A stretch of DNA of 64,000 nucleotides, taken from assembly GCA_977030845.1 (NCBI GenBank), contig OZ365112.1, positions 12,772,001-12,836,000 on the forward strand, written 5' to 3'. The translations under genes were made by a program, and so were the position numbers. Shown here in pieces: positions 1 to 15,400 of this stretch (positions are counted from its first letter, which is position 1; each line of letters begins with the position of its first letter). The notes below the pieces were generated by a model, which was not told where the DNA came from, ran no database searches, and saw only the letters and a program-made list of their open reading frames with translations. This DNA comes from Fimbriosthenelais zetlandica (lineage: Eukaryota).

Positions 1-434
1 ACTGGCAGCGGGGCCATCTGGAACACTGGTCTCTATCAAGGCAATACCAACCAGGGAGACAGCTGCCTCTAACCTGACACACTCAAGCTGCCCTTTCTTC
101 CCTCTATCCCACTCTCACTGACACATAAGAGAAACTCTTCAAACATTTGTGATTGTCAGGTCAGGGTGTGTGTTATCTTTTCTGATGACTTACTTGGTCC
201 TATATGTACCAATCGACCAGCGGGGGTGATCATTTTGACTGGTGTTTGACAGATACTGTCTCTCTAGAAATTCACTCTTCACATTTTCTCTTGTGTAGTT
301 GAGTTGGTTCTGACAAGGTCTTACTATAGGTTTTCTTGTGATGCTTATTCAAGGGATTCCACATACTTATGCGTGGGAAAGAAATTTTACTTTAGCTTTA
401 AGTAAAGAGAATTTACTGACACAAAATTACATAC

Positions 435-3400
435 CTTGGTTAAGGGGAAAGGACATTGTCCTGCACAGTAGTGAGCTTCGAAGGACTTAGGATTTATGAT
501 CCAATCGCTCCAGCCAATGTCAGCGAAGTCCACCACCAATTTTCGTCGCCCACACAACTTATCTCTGTTGGTCCGGCTTGAAATACTCTCTTTTTTTAGC
601 TCCGCTTCCCAGGCAGGTGGTAACGGAAGTTGCCGATCTTGATGTGGTCGCCTTCTCCTGTGCTTTCTATTCTTTCGCCTGTTTCGTCGTCTGTTTTTTC
701 TTTCTTTTTTAAAATCTTCTGGGTAAGGTATCAAGTCATAATCCCTGTCGTCAGTATCAACTTTTTTCTTATTGTCACCTTTGTCCAAATTTGTTTTTTC
801 ATATTTGGAATCTGGTTTCTTGAGTTCTGTGTTGTGGTCTTCCCTTTCTTGACTTGTGTTTTGGGTTTCTGTTGGTATCCGTTCCTTCACGTCTATGGGG
901 TTGGTTAAGGGGACGTTGAAGGGCCCTCCTTGTTGGATTGTCTCTACTGGTACATCTGGGATTTCATTATCAAATATGGACCTCCGCTTTCGGGCTTGTT
1001 CTTCAGAGTCTGAATCAGAATAGGACCCAAAACCTTTAAATGAAAATATATCACTTTTATCCTTCTTTCTTTCGTCAGATTCATCCGAATCATAATCTGA
1101 GTCAGTGTAATCAAAAACTGTTCTTGTGTGATGCTCAGAGTGTATGGGAAGGGCAGGATCATATCCGAACTCAGGGTCCACGATCTCCTCCTCTAAATCT
1201 GAGGCCCGGAAGTGTGGGTCCACGTGATCAAGAGTGATATTTTGTGTGTCATTCGAGTAGAGAACCAGGAAAGGCAGCGTCATGTGATCCATAAAGCGAT
1301 GCAGCGACATCGCACGCGACTTGCGTGAGTTCATCTTTAACTTCCTGAACGTCACAGCAAGGGCGTCTGTTGGTGACCGTCGTCGAGCGATGCTAGATTT
1401 GACAGCGGAAGTGACGTCAGTGGAGTGCCATCCGCGTCCACTGTTGTGTAAATCGACGCCACCTGCGTCATACATCCTGCCCATTGATACTCGGTGAAGG
1501 TGCAGGGAGATGGAGGAATTCCTCGTCTTTATTCGCTTTCTGAACAGATGAATTTCTGCATTAAATAATCTCTCTGTCCGTGCCACAGAACTCAGGTTGA
1601 AGATGAACGCTTTATCTTCACCAACTGACCCTGCAACGATACAATTCATATAAATAATTATATGGTGTGAAATGATATAATTACTAAGTGTTAAGTTAAT
1701 TGACATCATGTAGGCTAACATATTTACACGTTTCTCACGTATATATTCTTAATGTGTGCTAATTCAAAGAACCCAAGCTCCAATATCAGTGAGCTGACCA
1801 CTCCCTTCGCAATACTGAACGTTAAATTCATATACCTTTAATATAGGACATACACCACATCTGAACCAAGTACTCTCCAGAACTCAGCAGGAGACTTGAA
1901 TTAAGGATCCCATACCTGTTTAACCCGCCCCTTTTAATCGCCTACTGCCGTGCGTGCAGTTCATAGAAAAACCCTCACATTTATCGCTCTGTTGAGCCTT
2001 TGCAAAGATGCTTGCAAAAGGGCAACAGCAGCACAGCGGGCGGGCTTGGTGCCCTATAGGCCAAGCCATAGGGTCTATGGCGGACACACGAGCTGGTTTC
2101 TCATCACCCAATAATACCAGGGGTGATACCTTCCGGGTAGAAAAGCAACTAACAATAAATCAGCTCCTGGTGCGGAAACTCGAGACAAATTGGGTTAAAA
2201 AAGACCATTGTGCTCGTTGATCTCTTGGTCGATCTATTCTCATGAGATATAGGGGTACATGTCTGTGCTATACATAGGGTAATAAATGCCAGCACATAGA
2301 TTAAGATCTCCCCTGTTATGCCCCAAGCTTTCCCAACCTTGTGTGATTTAAAAAAAAATAGATGAAATTTTTTTCGAAGAAGCCAACTTCACAATAGGTA
2401 TTGCTCATGAAGTTTATCTAGACTATAAGTATTTCTCCTTGAATTTATCTATTTCGTAAAGAAAAAACATCATTAATATTTTAGCGACTTGTGTGATTCA
2501 CCACTTGAAATAAATCTGTTTTATTTGTCAGTCATAGGCTGTGTTGTCCCGTACATCAATATTAACATGGATTACTCATCACATGGCTCAGGTAAATAAG
2601 AATTATATATTAGTGATATGCGTCATCTCTTCCTTTAATTATTAAGTCCGGCATGGTAACTTCCCATATTTTAATTAGCAGACCCCATATCAACCTTCTG
2701 CTCCCTCCATTTCCGTTAGGACCCCCAGTGAGACGGCGCCATGCCTCGATCAATGGGGTAATTAGGAACTAAAGAGAGCCATTTCATATTTATATAGACT
2801 TGACGCATGTCTTCTCAATATTTTATCTTTTGATAAGGCGTAGATTTTAAGATTTAATAAGTACTAAACTATAAGTTTTATATCACTATTCTATGACTTG
2901 GTGTATCATATTGACTATAATTGAATTTTAGCCCGGCTTCCCTCATGTTATTGCCATCTCATAACCATATTATATATAAGTATCATGTATATATTGATAA
3001 TGAGTTTGCCAATTTGTTTTCGATTTATTTGCACAATATCATTATACGTGTATGAAGCAGATAACTATGAAGATAACGTAATATTTAGTCGTCTTCCCTG
3101 GGCTTATGATTGACATTTAAATTTATTTTTCTGTATGTGTTCATAAGCCTGGCAGGCATCTACATTTCCCTTTCTATTTAGTTCTTTTGTTAGGTGTAGT
3201 TTGTTTTTCCCATCTGTTATTGGGGGGAAAATTAACACATGCCCTGTTGATAAAGGTTTCCTTATTGTGTCTCTTAGCATCCATGACTGTTGGTTTTTGT
3301 TATCGGTATCTATATCTGTGAGCCACATCCCTCGGGGATGTTCTGTATAATTATATACCCACCCCGGCCTATATGCTCATTAGCAACCATTTCTTTATTC

Positions 3401-6400
3401 CTCCTTGCCGTATTCCATTTCAATTGTTGATAAACAGATAAGTGGGGAGTCGTAGGCTTGCCTGCAGTAACCTATGATATGCTTGAACCTTGTGCTCCTC
3501 TCCGGGCTTCCGTGTCAGAGAGGGAGAGAGGGAGGGAAGATGGAGGAGTATGCAGTATAGCTAGTGAGCAATAACACCAGATGAAGTACAGTCATATATC
3601 TTAGCCCTGGGGATTATTTATACACAAAAAGGGCGAGGCCAATCTACTTTATCCAGGAGCAATAAGCAACACTCGCAGGCAAACGAGGAAAGGTTTCCAC
3701 ACACGGCCAGACAAGCATGTTTGAAGCTGGGTATAAATAATTCATGATTTATTGATTCATGTCAAACAATTGCTTCCTTATAAAGATAATCGGATGACTG
3801 CTTCCAAACGAAGTGCAACAATTGAAAGACTATGGAACATTTATTCCATTGTGATGAACATATTTTTCAGCAAGTCAGAATTTAATGATTTGAATTCTAT
3901 TTGGTTAACAAACACCCTGTATTCCAAGAGCCCAGCATTCAAACAGTAATTATCCATTTCAAGGGTAATTAAATATTTCCAAGAAAAGGGCCCAAACAGT
4001 CTGGTGTGCAGTGAGCTTGGAGGGCAATTGCCCCTGGCCAATGCCCATTTTGTCCAGGGCGATCATTAGAAGTTCCATTCAGGGAGCGTGTGGGTGGTCC
4101 CCACTAACCAGGGCTTCAAGATGGGTTATATTTGAAAAAAAAACCCATGTAACGTCAAGCCTTCAGTAGGTCTACTGTCAGACTAAATGGTTGAGAACTT
4201 GCCCATCCCCGCCCTTTTGCTAATAGTTTTATCCCACCAATAAATCAGGGAAGCTAAGATATATATGGATAGCACTTGTTAATATAAATAATTGCGCTAA
4301 CAACCACTCATTTTTTTCATAGATTTGTTTTTGTCTGTACACCTGAGAAGTATAGATCGGGTGCGGTGAGAGAGAAGAGGGTGTGGCAGAGGGGAGTAAC
4401 TTTTTCCTGGCATCTTCCATACAAGTGAACTTTTTTCCAACCACTCGCAGCGTGCATGTGTTTAAAGGCGCCTTGGTAGAACCCAAACCTACTTTGAACA
4501 AAAAACGTATACGTTGTGTGTGTAACATATGCTTTCAGTGTTTTGGTGGGATTGTGCTGCTTGGATACACTGTAGAGCGTTTTAAATGTGTTGCCATCTG
4601 GCCACCTGAAATGATGGAATGTCCGCCCATGAGGCAAGATGGGATACACGGGTTAAGTAGGCGAAAAGAATGATGAGACCATTACGAGGAGAGAAATATG
4701 GTGAAGGGAGTTAAATAGGCTTAATTGAAGGAAGTAGGGGAGGGAAAACAATAAGGCAAATGAAGAAGCTGAAGTTGAAGTCAGAAGAACTTCATCGAGT
4801 CTGACAGAAGGGATGTATGTATGAATTTAACACATATCTTTCCTCTAAAACTTTAACTTCTTCCTCCCCTTTTCCTTATCTATCTCCTTCCTTCAACAAG
4901 CTGAAACATTGACCAGAAAACTACAAGTGTATGCTTTCACCGAGGCCAGTGTTAGATAAACTCTTTCCATGGCTCGGGTGGTTTCAAACCGGTCATTCTC
5001 TCATCGCGTCTTTGAAGATCTGACTGTTGGCTGTCAGACTTTAGGGTTAACTTTCACACCCTTCATTGCTGTGATCTCGTTGAGTTCACGCTGATGTTGA
5101 TCCCCTCCAGGAAAGTTGAATCACTGTAGATTGTCAACGCATCACAAGGATTTCAAAAGAGGTAGTTACACCGAAAACGTGTGATGTTTCTCGCAAACAA
5201 GTGACCTATAAACCCTAAATTTAGTCTAAAGCCTCGTATCTTATGGCTGTTAGAAAACTTATCTTATGGCTATTCAATTATACTGTAAAAGATATACCCA
5301 TAGTACACTAAAGGACATTGGAACCTCATGTCCTGAAATTTCTTTGCCATATATACAATTGGGATATTCTAACTTCATATGCAAGGCAAAGGAAGTTCTA
5401 ACTGATACAAATATAACATAGCAGTAAAATGTCTTTCGCTGAATAGGATAACCTTCTCTTACGACCCCATGATAAAAGCAACGTCTATAATCGTTGGTAA
5501 AAGGCAGCTCTTACAGCCTATAATCAAACGGTTATAAATGAAGACGTTGGAAATACCAGTAAATTCAACTGCTGGTCATTTCACGCTAGTTTTACCTAAG
5601 TAATTTCTAAAGTATCCCGCTGATGATCCATCCTTGACATGATGGATCGCCGATGACTTTTACTACTCAATCTAAAGGTCTCCACAGCAGGGGTACATAG
5701 ACACTTCATCCATTTCTAATTTGGTCCCTGGCCCTCTCAGAACGTTATCACCATCTCTAAAATACCAAGTAAGAGCCATAAAAGTAACAATGTTCAGTAG
5801 TCAGGTCTCTAGAAACAGATAGAAACGAAATATTTATCATTTTCGTTCACATTTCTGAAGATGGTTTCCATTATAGTATTTCATGATTACCTATGACTGA
5901 AAGGAATAATTATATTATATTCCATGAGCAATCTAAACTATATATATGGATGGAGACTTCATTCATGAGGAATGCATTGCAAGACTGCCCCGTGGATCTG
6001 TTACAAACTTAAGACAACCTTCAAACAGAAGTAACAGTTTTATGTTTGTAGAAACATTTTAAGGACATTTTGAATGTGACCCATAGAAGTAGGGCTCTTG
6101 CTTTGGGTATGGATGTGGGTGGCGACTTGAGGTTTTGCCCACAGCAGCAGGCTACTGTAAACCAAGCCAGGCCCTCTCCAAGTGGGTTTATATCCTCACG
6201 AGCCTTCTCCTGGGTTTAAACCCTTTAGTCCTGCTAAATTGTGATGATTATGGGTGCCCTGTCTCTGCAGGGTTAACAAGATCAGCGCGTGCACCATTTA
6301 GAGAATAGATAACTGGTTGAAATGCTCTATGGGATTTAGGGTTACTCGGTCTTCTGCCTCGGCACAAGGAGCATGTCAATGTGCAATGTGCTTTATTCTT

Positions 6401-9400
6401 TGGTACACTAAACTTTGACAAGGAGAGTAAATAATGTAGCAACCCCAGAAAGCAACAAAGAGAGATGGCTTCAATGCATTCTAAGGAATTTGATGCCTCT
6501 TTCCAGTGTTTCATTCTAAAACTTCCAATTAGTCGTAGAAATAGATGCTATGAAAAATAGGATCAATCTATTTCACATTGCCCTCTTGTGTACACACGTA
6601 GAATGGTCAACTGGTTTAGATTGACATTGGAGAATACTAATCAGGGCCATGTTGTCATGAACCCAGAGAACAGTACATTCTTGTACAGCTCAGAGGTCTT
6701 CCAAGTTATTCCAAGGTCAGACTTCACCAATGATATTCACATATGGACCTTGCAAAAATCAGCTAATAAACTAGCCTTTGTCCATCCAACCATGTGTTGG
6801 ACACAGTAAGGTCAGGACTTAGTGTACGAAGGTCACTCTTACTTTCACACAAAGGTCAACTCCTGCAGGGCTGGCCCAGGAGACAGTGGTTAGTGTATTC
6901 TAATAGGTCGCCTCGTCAAACTGACCCTCTGACTGGTCAATGTTAAGCCATGCTTTCTCCTCGGGCTATGAGTCTTTCAGCCAACTCTGGCACGTGTAAA
7001 GAATATGGCATTAAAGAAAACCCTTGTGTTATATTTATCTTAGCATATCATTAGTGAACCAAAAAATGTTTACAAAGAAAGCTTATGTGAGCATTGGAAT
7101 CGACCTTTTCCAGGTTTGTACATGAAACAAAAAATTCCAATTTGCCTTTATGAATGTATGTATGAGAGTTATGAGATATTCATTGAGATAAGGACTAATA
7201 GACCATAGATTGACTTAATGAATGACACATGTTACAATACAGTATCAGGCAGAATGGGTGTTGTTTGGCAAGCAACAAAGGACTTAGAGATATGTGTCAT
7301 TTATCCCATATCTGCCCATGTAGATGGTCATTGTCAAGGTAGGATGCCAGGCGCCATGCCTAGCCCAAACATCGTCAGACTGTCATGGTCTAGAACTTGT
7401 GAAAATGATACCATGTTTATAGTTATAATTTTATTGCTCTCAAAGTGAGACAATTAGTCATGCAATTGTAGATGCATGGAGATAAAGGGAGAGTCTATTG
7501 CTTCATGTATGACTTGTATGAATGAAATGACTAGGCGGATATTGGGTTCCAACCTTTAAGAAATCTATATTAGCCATTCAAAGACCATCATGAGACATCA
7601 TGGATCTTAGCCATGTGTTGTAGTTGATGGGAGTTTGGACCGGGTCCTTGTTATGTGGGGACTAGGCCCGAGGCTAGAAACATCTTAGACCAAGGGGCAT
7701 TTCATAATAAATATCCACATCATTGGACAATGGTCCGTCTATATGGGCTGATGATGTATCTTTACCTCAAAAAAGGGGCCAGTGCTTAACTCCCAGACTT
7801 AACATTGTTAATCATTGTTTTGAAACAATGATTTTTAAGAACATTTAAGATTAAAGGTAATTTTCCCTATATAGAACACATAAATTAATTATTGAGACTG
7901 AACAAGGGAACTTTCGTCAAATTAAAATTGGACTTGAGCTGTGAATCTGCAGCATGCTGGGAGAAGGACTGTAGCCATTCAATGAGGGCTAACTGGTTAC
8001 TCCTGTAGGGAGCAGCTATAGGGGGTTGTCACGGCCAGTCACACGGCCCCACCTGGAGGCCCATCCTGGATCTGTTTCCCCTCACCTGGAGCCCGCCAAA
8101 CTGTCACCCACACCCCAGTACACCAGGCCTAGCCAGGTACTAATGGCCTCTCACGGCCTATAAAACTAGGGGATGTCCCTCAGCCAAATTGGAAAGGATA
8201 AAAATACTTAAATACTTATCTCTAGTATTATGTAATAATGGCAAACTAGGGGTTGCCCCTCGTTGAAATGGGAAGGATAAAAATATCCTTATCTTTAGTA
8301 TTATATAATATAATATCAATGGTCTATGCCTGGTCATTGGGATGTAGGCCTAATTGAGTCCTTGAGATAAGCTTTTGAGATTTTCCCATGATCATGAATC
8401 GGGAAGAATTTTGGATACTGATAGTTTCGGCTGGGAGAAAATCCATGGAAGAATACCAACACCTGAAAGCTACACCAGTTTCTAGATTGTTTAAATTGTG
8501 AACTTTTAGGTTCATTCTATTTCCCTAGAAACACTTTTGGACATTCCCAAGCCTTCACGGACGATGTAGATTTCCGTGTGTGCCTCTCTCCACCTCTTCT
8601 CTGTAGAGAGATGGAGAGACCTTTGGGAATATTATACCACCCTGGGATCCAATATATTACCCAGGTGCTTCATGGACAGGTGTCCAGTCAGGTGATCAAT
8701 CTGTTTATAAACAATCTCTAGGATGAGATATATGAGAGATGTGATCCCAGAGTATAAAGACAGAGAGAGGTGTGTACCTTAAAGGCGTGCACCCACTGTT
8801 ACGATAACTATTTAACATGAGTTACACCATAGAAGAAACACCTACAACGTAGTCAAAATTTATCTACATTCAAAGTAATTAAATTCGTTCATATGTATTC
8901 AGATTTGACTGTAAAAATGAATGTTGGCTGAATTTTAGGGGTCTCTCCCTCTTAAGTGCTCAGTGGTCGCTCATAATAGTGGATGCCCGGCCTAACCCCC
9001 ACCAAAAACAACAGACGCGCTCAATGGGCAAATAGAGGAGGATGAGAGGTGTTTGTTGGTGTTTATATATTGCTCACCCTGAACGTGGTGGTTAGTTTTG
9101 GGCTGCATGTTGTGCGTGATGACTTGATCTTTACACTGTCCCAAAGACTTGCTCAAGACTTGCCCCACCCCTTTCCAAAACCCTTGATTTTCCATTACTT
9201 TCCATGATTTCTTTTGGAGGTGTACTACATTGCTTTTATTAAAAAAAGAAATGAAGACCTCGACCTGTTTGTATTATGAGAAAATGTAAAATATTTGTCG
9301 TGAAGAAACCAATATTTCACAGAGATGCTCCTGTTTTGTGGGTAAAAATCATACAGTGGAAGACCAGTCATGTAGGCATGTGAATATGAAGATGAGTAGG

Positions 9401-12400
9401 GCGACATTTGGAAAGCTGTGACCACATCTGTTGCCGTATGCTGTAAGGTGTCAGAGTTTGACAGACTAAAACCTCGCCTGACGCTAATTGCTGGCTCAGG
9501 TCATGACGGATAGAAAGGGACCATAGTTGTGACTTCCATCCGCCAGTCAAACCTCAGCTCCTGTCACACACCTTACCTTCTTACCTTTCTTTGCCTGTAA
9601 AAGTGTGAAACACCACACAGGTATAAAAAGTCAGCACCTGTAGACGGTGAAAAGGGCACACTTCTGGTTTAAAAGCTCCCGCTTGTCATCTAAGGTGACA
9701 TATTGAGACTTGTCAAAGCCCTTAATGGCAGATTTTCTTTATAAGAAAAGAGGGATGGGTCCACCATCCCTAGTACTCTTAGGGAGTCATTTTCTCTTTG
9801 TCTCTCATTTATACCACACCTGAATACATGTAATATGGATAACAGGCTATGCTCTGAAGATGTTCTGTGGCCTTGAATATTACAAACTGAATTGGTGAAA
9901 AATGTGTTTAATATTGTAAAATGCCACAGGTTCGCCCCCATAAATATATATGAACATTATCATTCATATTAAAATGAAATAATATTCATCAAATTAATTA
10001 TAATAGATCGTTTTTACTTTGGACCAGGAGAAGACTGTGTGTTATATACCTGGTGACCATAACAGTATGTAAAGGACTATTATGCAGGTATTATATGTAA
10101 ATATGAGGGACTACACTTTTTATCCTCCCAATGTCAACACAGACCACAGTTTATCGTTAGGTGGGCGGAAGATATACGTCAATATTTCCCCTTGTTAGAC
10201 CTGATCTGCTTTGATACAGGTGTCCTTGACATCACCGGATTTTCTTTTATAAAAGGTTTTTTTTTACCCAATTGAATATTCCCATCATGTATGCATAAAC
10301 AGTATGAAATATTAGTGCATGTGTGCCGAACCTTTGGTAGAAAAATATCAATGTCAGTTGGTGCACTAAGCACATGGCTTCACAATACACGGAACATTCT
10401 TCTGTGGGGAATGGTATGTGTGTATCTGTGGCCCTATAGTCACCCCACTAGAACCTAAATTAGGATACACGCTTGGGAGATGTAGGCCTTCATTATTTCT
10501 TTTATCTCACAGATCAAAACAAGCTGATAATCTATAATAAACAGGGCCTTGTTATTTGGTAATACGTTACACTTTCCCTTGTACCAGTGTCCCTTCGTTC
10601 CTCTAAATTATAAGGTCTGACCTTTTTATGATAGACTTCATAGTTAGAATAACTTTTAAAGAATTGGAATGGGTGGAGGCTGGCACTGCATTGGAGTGCC
10701 AAAGGCAGTTTTAAATGGAAGTAGTTTAGTTGTGGATGTTCCTGTGGTAAGCACTGGAGAAAATGATAGTGTAAACTGAGGACAGGGAAGGCAGATGAGG
10801 TTTTGAGGAGAGGATGTACACAACAATAGGTGCCAATTAAAGGTAGCGTCCCCAGGCTACATGAAACCTCGGCTTGGTCCATCTCTGCTTGCCTTTAATG
10901 GTCTAATTCAAAACGATGCTTTCACCCTCACAGCAAAGCCTAATTACCAGCAATGTGTGTGAAAGCATTGACATCTCGGTTATAATAGAATGGACAGAAT
11001 GAAGAAAAAAAATGTACAATTAACCAAAGCAGGTTAGGCTATTAGGCTCCAAACGATGCTCCCTGTATGCCATTATGATGAGCTATAAATCAACAAAAGT
11101 TAATTCTTCATGAAAGTTTGTAATGGTTGAACAATCTTTCGATTTTTCCAGCCAAACTTATATGACAGTGGCTCTAATGCTGTCTTTGGCTCCGTTAACC
11201 CATGATTATGGCGAATACTTTGAGAATTAAAACATGTCTCAAGGCTATGTACTTGTAATGGTTAAAAGCGTCCAGAGGACGTGTAGCATTTCAATGCTGG
11301 CAGGAAGAGGTGAATGGTCAATATTTCTAGTTTGTCTGTTTAACTGCCTCAGCCTGCAGGCTACCTGCTGACACCGCCATGATGAATGTACAGGTGGCAA
11401 GCATCTTATGATTGAGTATTGTTTAAAAGTTTGTGTAATAGACATATGGGGGTGGGTTGTATGTGCACACATCTGTGTATATATATTCACCACACTGCCG
11501 GGTATATATGTAGAGAGATGTCCTATTCACTGACACCCCCTATGCCTCTGGGCATGTCCTTAAAAACACCACCAATCTTAACTCGCGCGCGACCCTTTTG
11601 AGAATCGCACCTCAGAATTTCCCCCCATAACCACCAAAAGATGCGGTAAGAAGGTGGAATATAAATTGTGGTAACATCACAATATGGTGCTAAGAGCACT
11701 TGGAGTGTCTTCTACTACAAGCAAACCATTTCCTACATACACCCGCGACCGCATTCAATTCACATCAGGGAGGCTCAGTGAAAAAGGGGCCTGAAAACGC
11801 AGGTCATATAGGTCTCACTATGAGCCACCTCGCACATTTTAGTCATTCTCTCTCACCCATCCAACCTTAGTTTACAAGCCTTCATTTTATTATCATAACA
11901 ATAATCCAAATAGACTGCGTTTTCTAAGCACGTCCGATCGGCTGTGTTGAAATCAAACACAGATATTCGCCAATTCTGACTGGAATAGGCAATGTCTTCA
12001 ACTGGTGAAGCGGCCTCCGCTCCGGGATCGTTTTCCGGAGGTAGTGTGTATTTACAGGTACTCAGTTTTGAGGAAACTTATTCAAAGCCAACTCTGATAT
12101 CAGGATTACAGTCATTCTAGATGCTCCTCTCACGCCCTATACTCCATAAATCTACACTTTTGGCCCACTCAGCTTTTTCCCCTTTTCCCAGCTTCAAAAG
12201 GTCCTATAACTCTAAGCGCATGTTGGCAGAATCGGACCAGATTGACACAAAGGGATGTCATGACGCCAGAGAAAATAAACCCAGTCTGTTTACCCGGGTT
12301 TTAGATCTTCGATCCCCTCCATAAAAAGACCCATGTGTGTCGCTCAGTACTTCAGGTGGTCATAGTTGCCAATAAGACATGTCATTTTTCACCATCACTG

Positions 12401-15400
12401 CCTGGAATGTCACTTGTATATACATGTACCTTCACCTCTTCACTGACCCTTTGATATTTCTAAAACCATCGATACATGTGGGTTATGTATGATGGTTCCA
12501 CTTAAGGCACCATCGCCTGCAGGCCCCACCCTCTTTCAATAAAGGCAAAAGGGGTATTTCCCTGACCTTGCAGGAAGGGAAAACACCACATACAATATGT
12601 TAATTTATCGACAACGGACATGAGGCTTTTGCAGTCGTTATCAATGCAGAAGCTTCCATCTTATTGGTTCCTTCTGTTTGACACTGCATTCACTGCATGC
12701 AAGATGGTTCATTTTGTCTGAATTTGTCGTGCAGATTCCAGATCAGAATCTGATATGCTCGTGACTATTTGAAATACGAAATAGTCGCGACATTTTGAAA
12801 CGTCGAGGATAGTGATCGTGACGAAATCTTTCCGTTGGATAATTCTCAAGTAAATGTTATCCTCATTGTCATATGTATAGATCATGAAAACTATCGTAAA
12901 CTGGTGACGTGATGTTTGGAAAGTTTCCGCCCATGTGAATGTTGAACTTCCAAGTAGGAAGGTTGGATCTCGGTTGGATCTCTCTGTGTAGCTCCAGGCC
13001 TCGGCCCCGAGATATCCACAGGATAACTTGCCTCGGGTTGTCATTGACCAGAAAGTGAGAGAAAAGTCACAAAGAGCTGTCGATGTGATGTCTCAGAAAC
13101 CCTTTCTGGGCAGAAGGTCATGGTCTTGTGTGTCGCGGGGTGTGTAGGAAGTGTAAAATATCAAAACAGGGCGCGTCCAAGCCGGCCCGCGCCCATCAGC
13201 CAGCCAGCGCGTGGCTACACAGAGGAATGTATAAATGTAGACCCAGCGGCCACCACTCCAGTCTAACCTCACTTCAAAATATCCCCAGCTACATGGGGGG
13301 TCCAAAATAAGGCAGAACACTCAAAATTGGCAATATTTACCTGCCTTGTCAAATATATCGTCATTTTAATATGACGCGTCAGTGAAAAGTGTTTCACATT
13401 TTGACATTTGGTCGCGACTTATGTCCCATTTGTTATTTGGACTTGAAATGTTTAGAATGTGGAATTTGTTTAAAATTTCAAAATAATTATATCATGGGGG
13501 CAGAAACCATGAATTTACGTGATAAAATCTTTGTTCATGTGAAGCACTGAAGGAACTAGCCACCACGATTACCAGTAATCATTAATAATCCCATTTCCCC
13601 TACGAGACTAAGCTTTAAAACTCCACTATGCCATTATAATATCATCATGACATACCCAGGAGGGTTTTACAAGACAGCCTCACACCTCAATGATTAACCT
13701 CGTTAAATCAGGCAGCGTTTATCTTTAGAGATCAAGTATTCAGTTGCATTACCAAGAATTCTGATGATTCATATAGAATATAATTATAGAATTAATTTAT
13801 AGGGACAGACTGAAGGCAATTATCTATCTCCTGTCCAGGTCGCCAATTACAATCAGCCTAAAACTTGTGTACATAACAAAGACCTTCTTTGAGAGAAAAT
13901 GTGTTTTGAGAGGCAGACTGAAAACCTTAATATTTACATACAAACTTAATATATAAACCAGCGTTTCTTAATGCCTGTTACTCTATAGTAAAATACACTT
14001 TGAAATTTAAATATTTCAAAAATTCACATTTTGACATAATTCCTCATGCAAGGACTAAGTGCTTTCCAAACATAGACAAAGTAAAATCTTTAGTTCTAGG
14101 CCCATAGACACACCTAAATCCATCTTTTTGTAATTCCTATTCCACTATGTGTAAAGTAAACATTTTCAAACTTCTTTCAACACTCTTGTCTCTAAGCAGG
14201 GATGCTCCAGCAGGCCTACTTAACTACTGTCACAACACCGCCCCCTAGCCCTTCTAATTCTCCAGTCCTGCACCCCCCCCCCCCTCCCCCAGACGGCAGT
14301 CAGACCTGCTACCTGCTAATTGCTGCAGGTGCTACCTTGAACTTGTCTTAAATTTTTGTGTATTCAAAAGCATAATTAGAAAGAATTACTGGACTGCATA
14401 ATGCACTACATGTATGCAAAGGTCTATTTATGTGCTTCATTTTTTGTAATTCATACTAAGCTCTATCTTTAAAAATAAACTTGCCAGAGTGAAAAAAACA
14501 TGAAAATATTGACCAAAATGGAAAATATTAACAAATTCATAACAAATCAACTTATGAGTGGAATGCATAATGCGATATAGGTATCAACAGGTCTTTTTAT
14601 GTACTTTAATTCATCTAATTCATTTTAAGCTTTATCTTTAAAAATAAACTTGCTGGATTAAATAAACTGAAAATATTGGGTTAATTAGATTTTACATCAC
14701 TGTGACGTCATCTTACGTCGTTTCAACCAACTACAAAGTATATTTCTCATATACGCCTCACCCACTGACTGCTCATGAACCAAGTGTAATCACTCTTGAA
14801 TATTTTTAATCTGGCCGAAATAGCATTTAAGTGATTTCATACCCCTAACCTAATTCCATGTAACTAATTAGGTCAAAGGTCAAATATGTAGGTCAACTTA
14901 TAGTCCATCATGTATCTTTACACTACATACCATTCATCTTATTCTAGATCCTCATGGGTCCAAAAAAATTACAATCAAATTTTACCAATTTGGCTGGTTT
15001 GGTGACGTCATGTGACGTCATGTGATGACGTATGACATCCATTCATCACATGTGACCACTTCTTACTATGGTCTACAATATGTGTGAAAACCAGATTCCT
15101 AGCTCTAATATAAACCCGTTTTTCATCAGTTGTCTAACTACAACATTAATAAAAAAAAAAATAATAGTGTAGAACAACGAGCACAAAATTTACAACCCCA
15201 TTTTCCCCATAAAGGGGAAATGGGATTAATATGTTCAGTATTGGTGTCGAGAGGCTGCATGGGAATAGTGGGTACCCAGACCTCTCTGTAGGTATCTGGC
15301 GTATTCCGTCCATTTCTCTAAAGTCCTTCAGTAATGGTCGTGGTTCTTTCATGTAAACAAAACATTAGGAGACTGAATACACAAGGGTCACTATCGAGTT

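Noticed and set aside
1-160. Final BMP3 exon
   Set aside because: No minus-strand frame inspected (positions 1-80) gives the expected SNHATIQS...CCVP...C-x-C, so the exon is taken to lie outside the window.
387-1721. 444-aa single-exon ORF as a complete gene
   Set aside because: The termini are read-through into introns. The true exon is 1630-435 and the signal peptide is in the exon at 16444.
4229-4673. Three overlapping ORFs in BMP3 intron 1
   Set aside because: No recognisable domain or spliced model; ORFs of this size are expected by chance.
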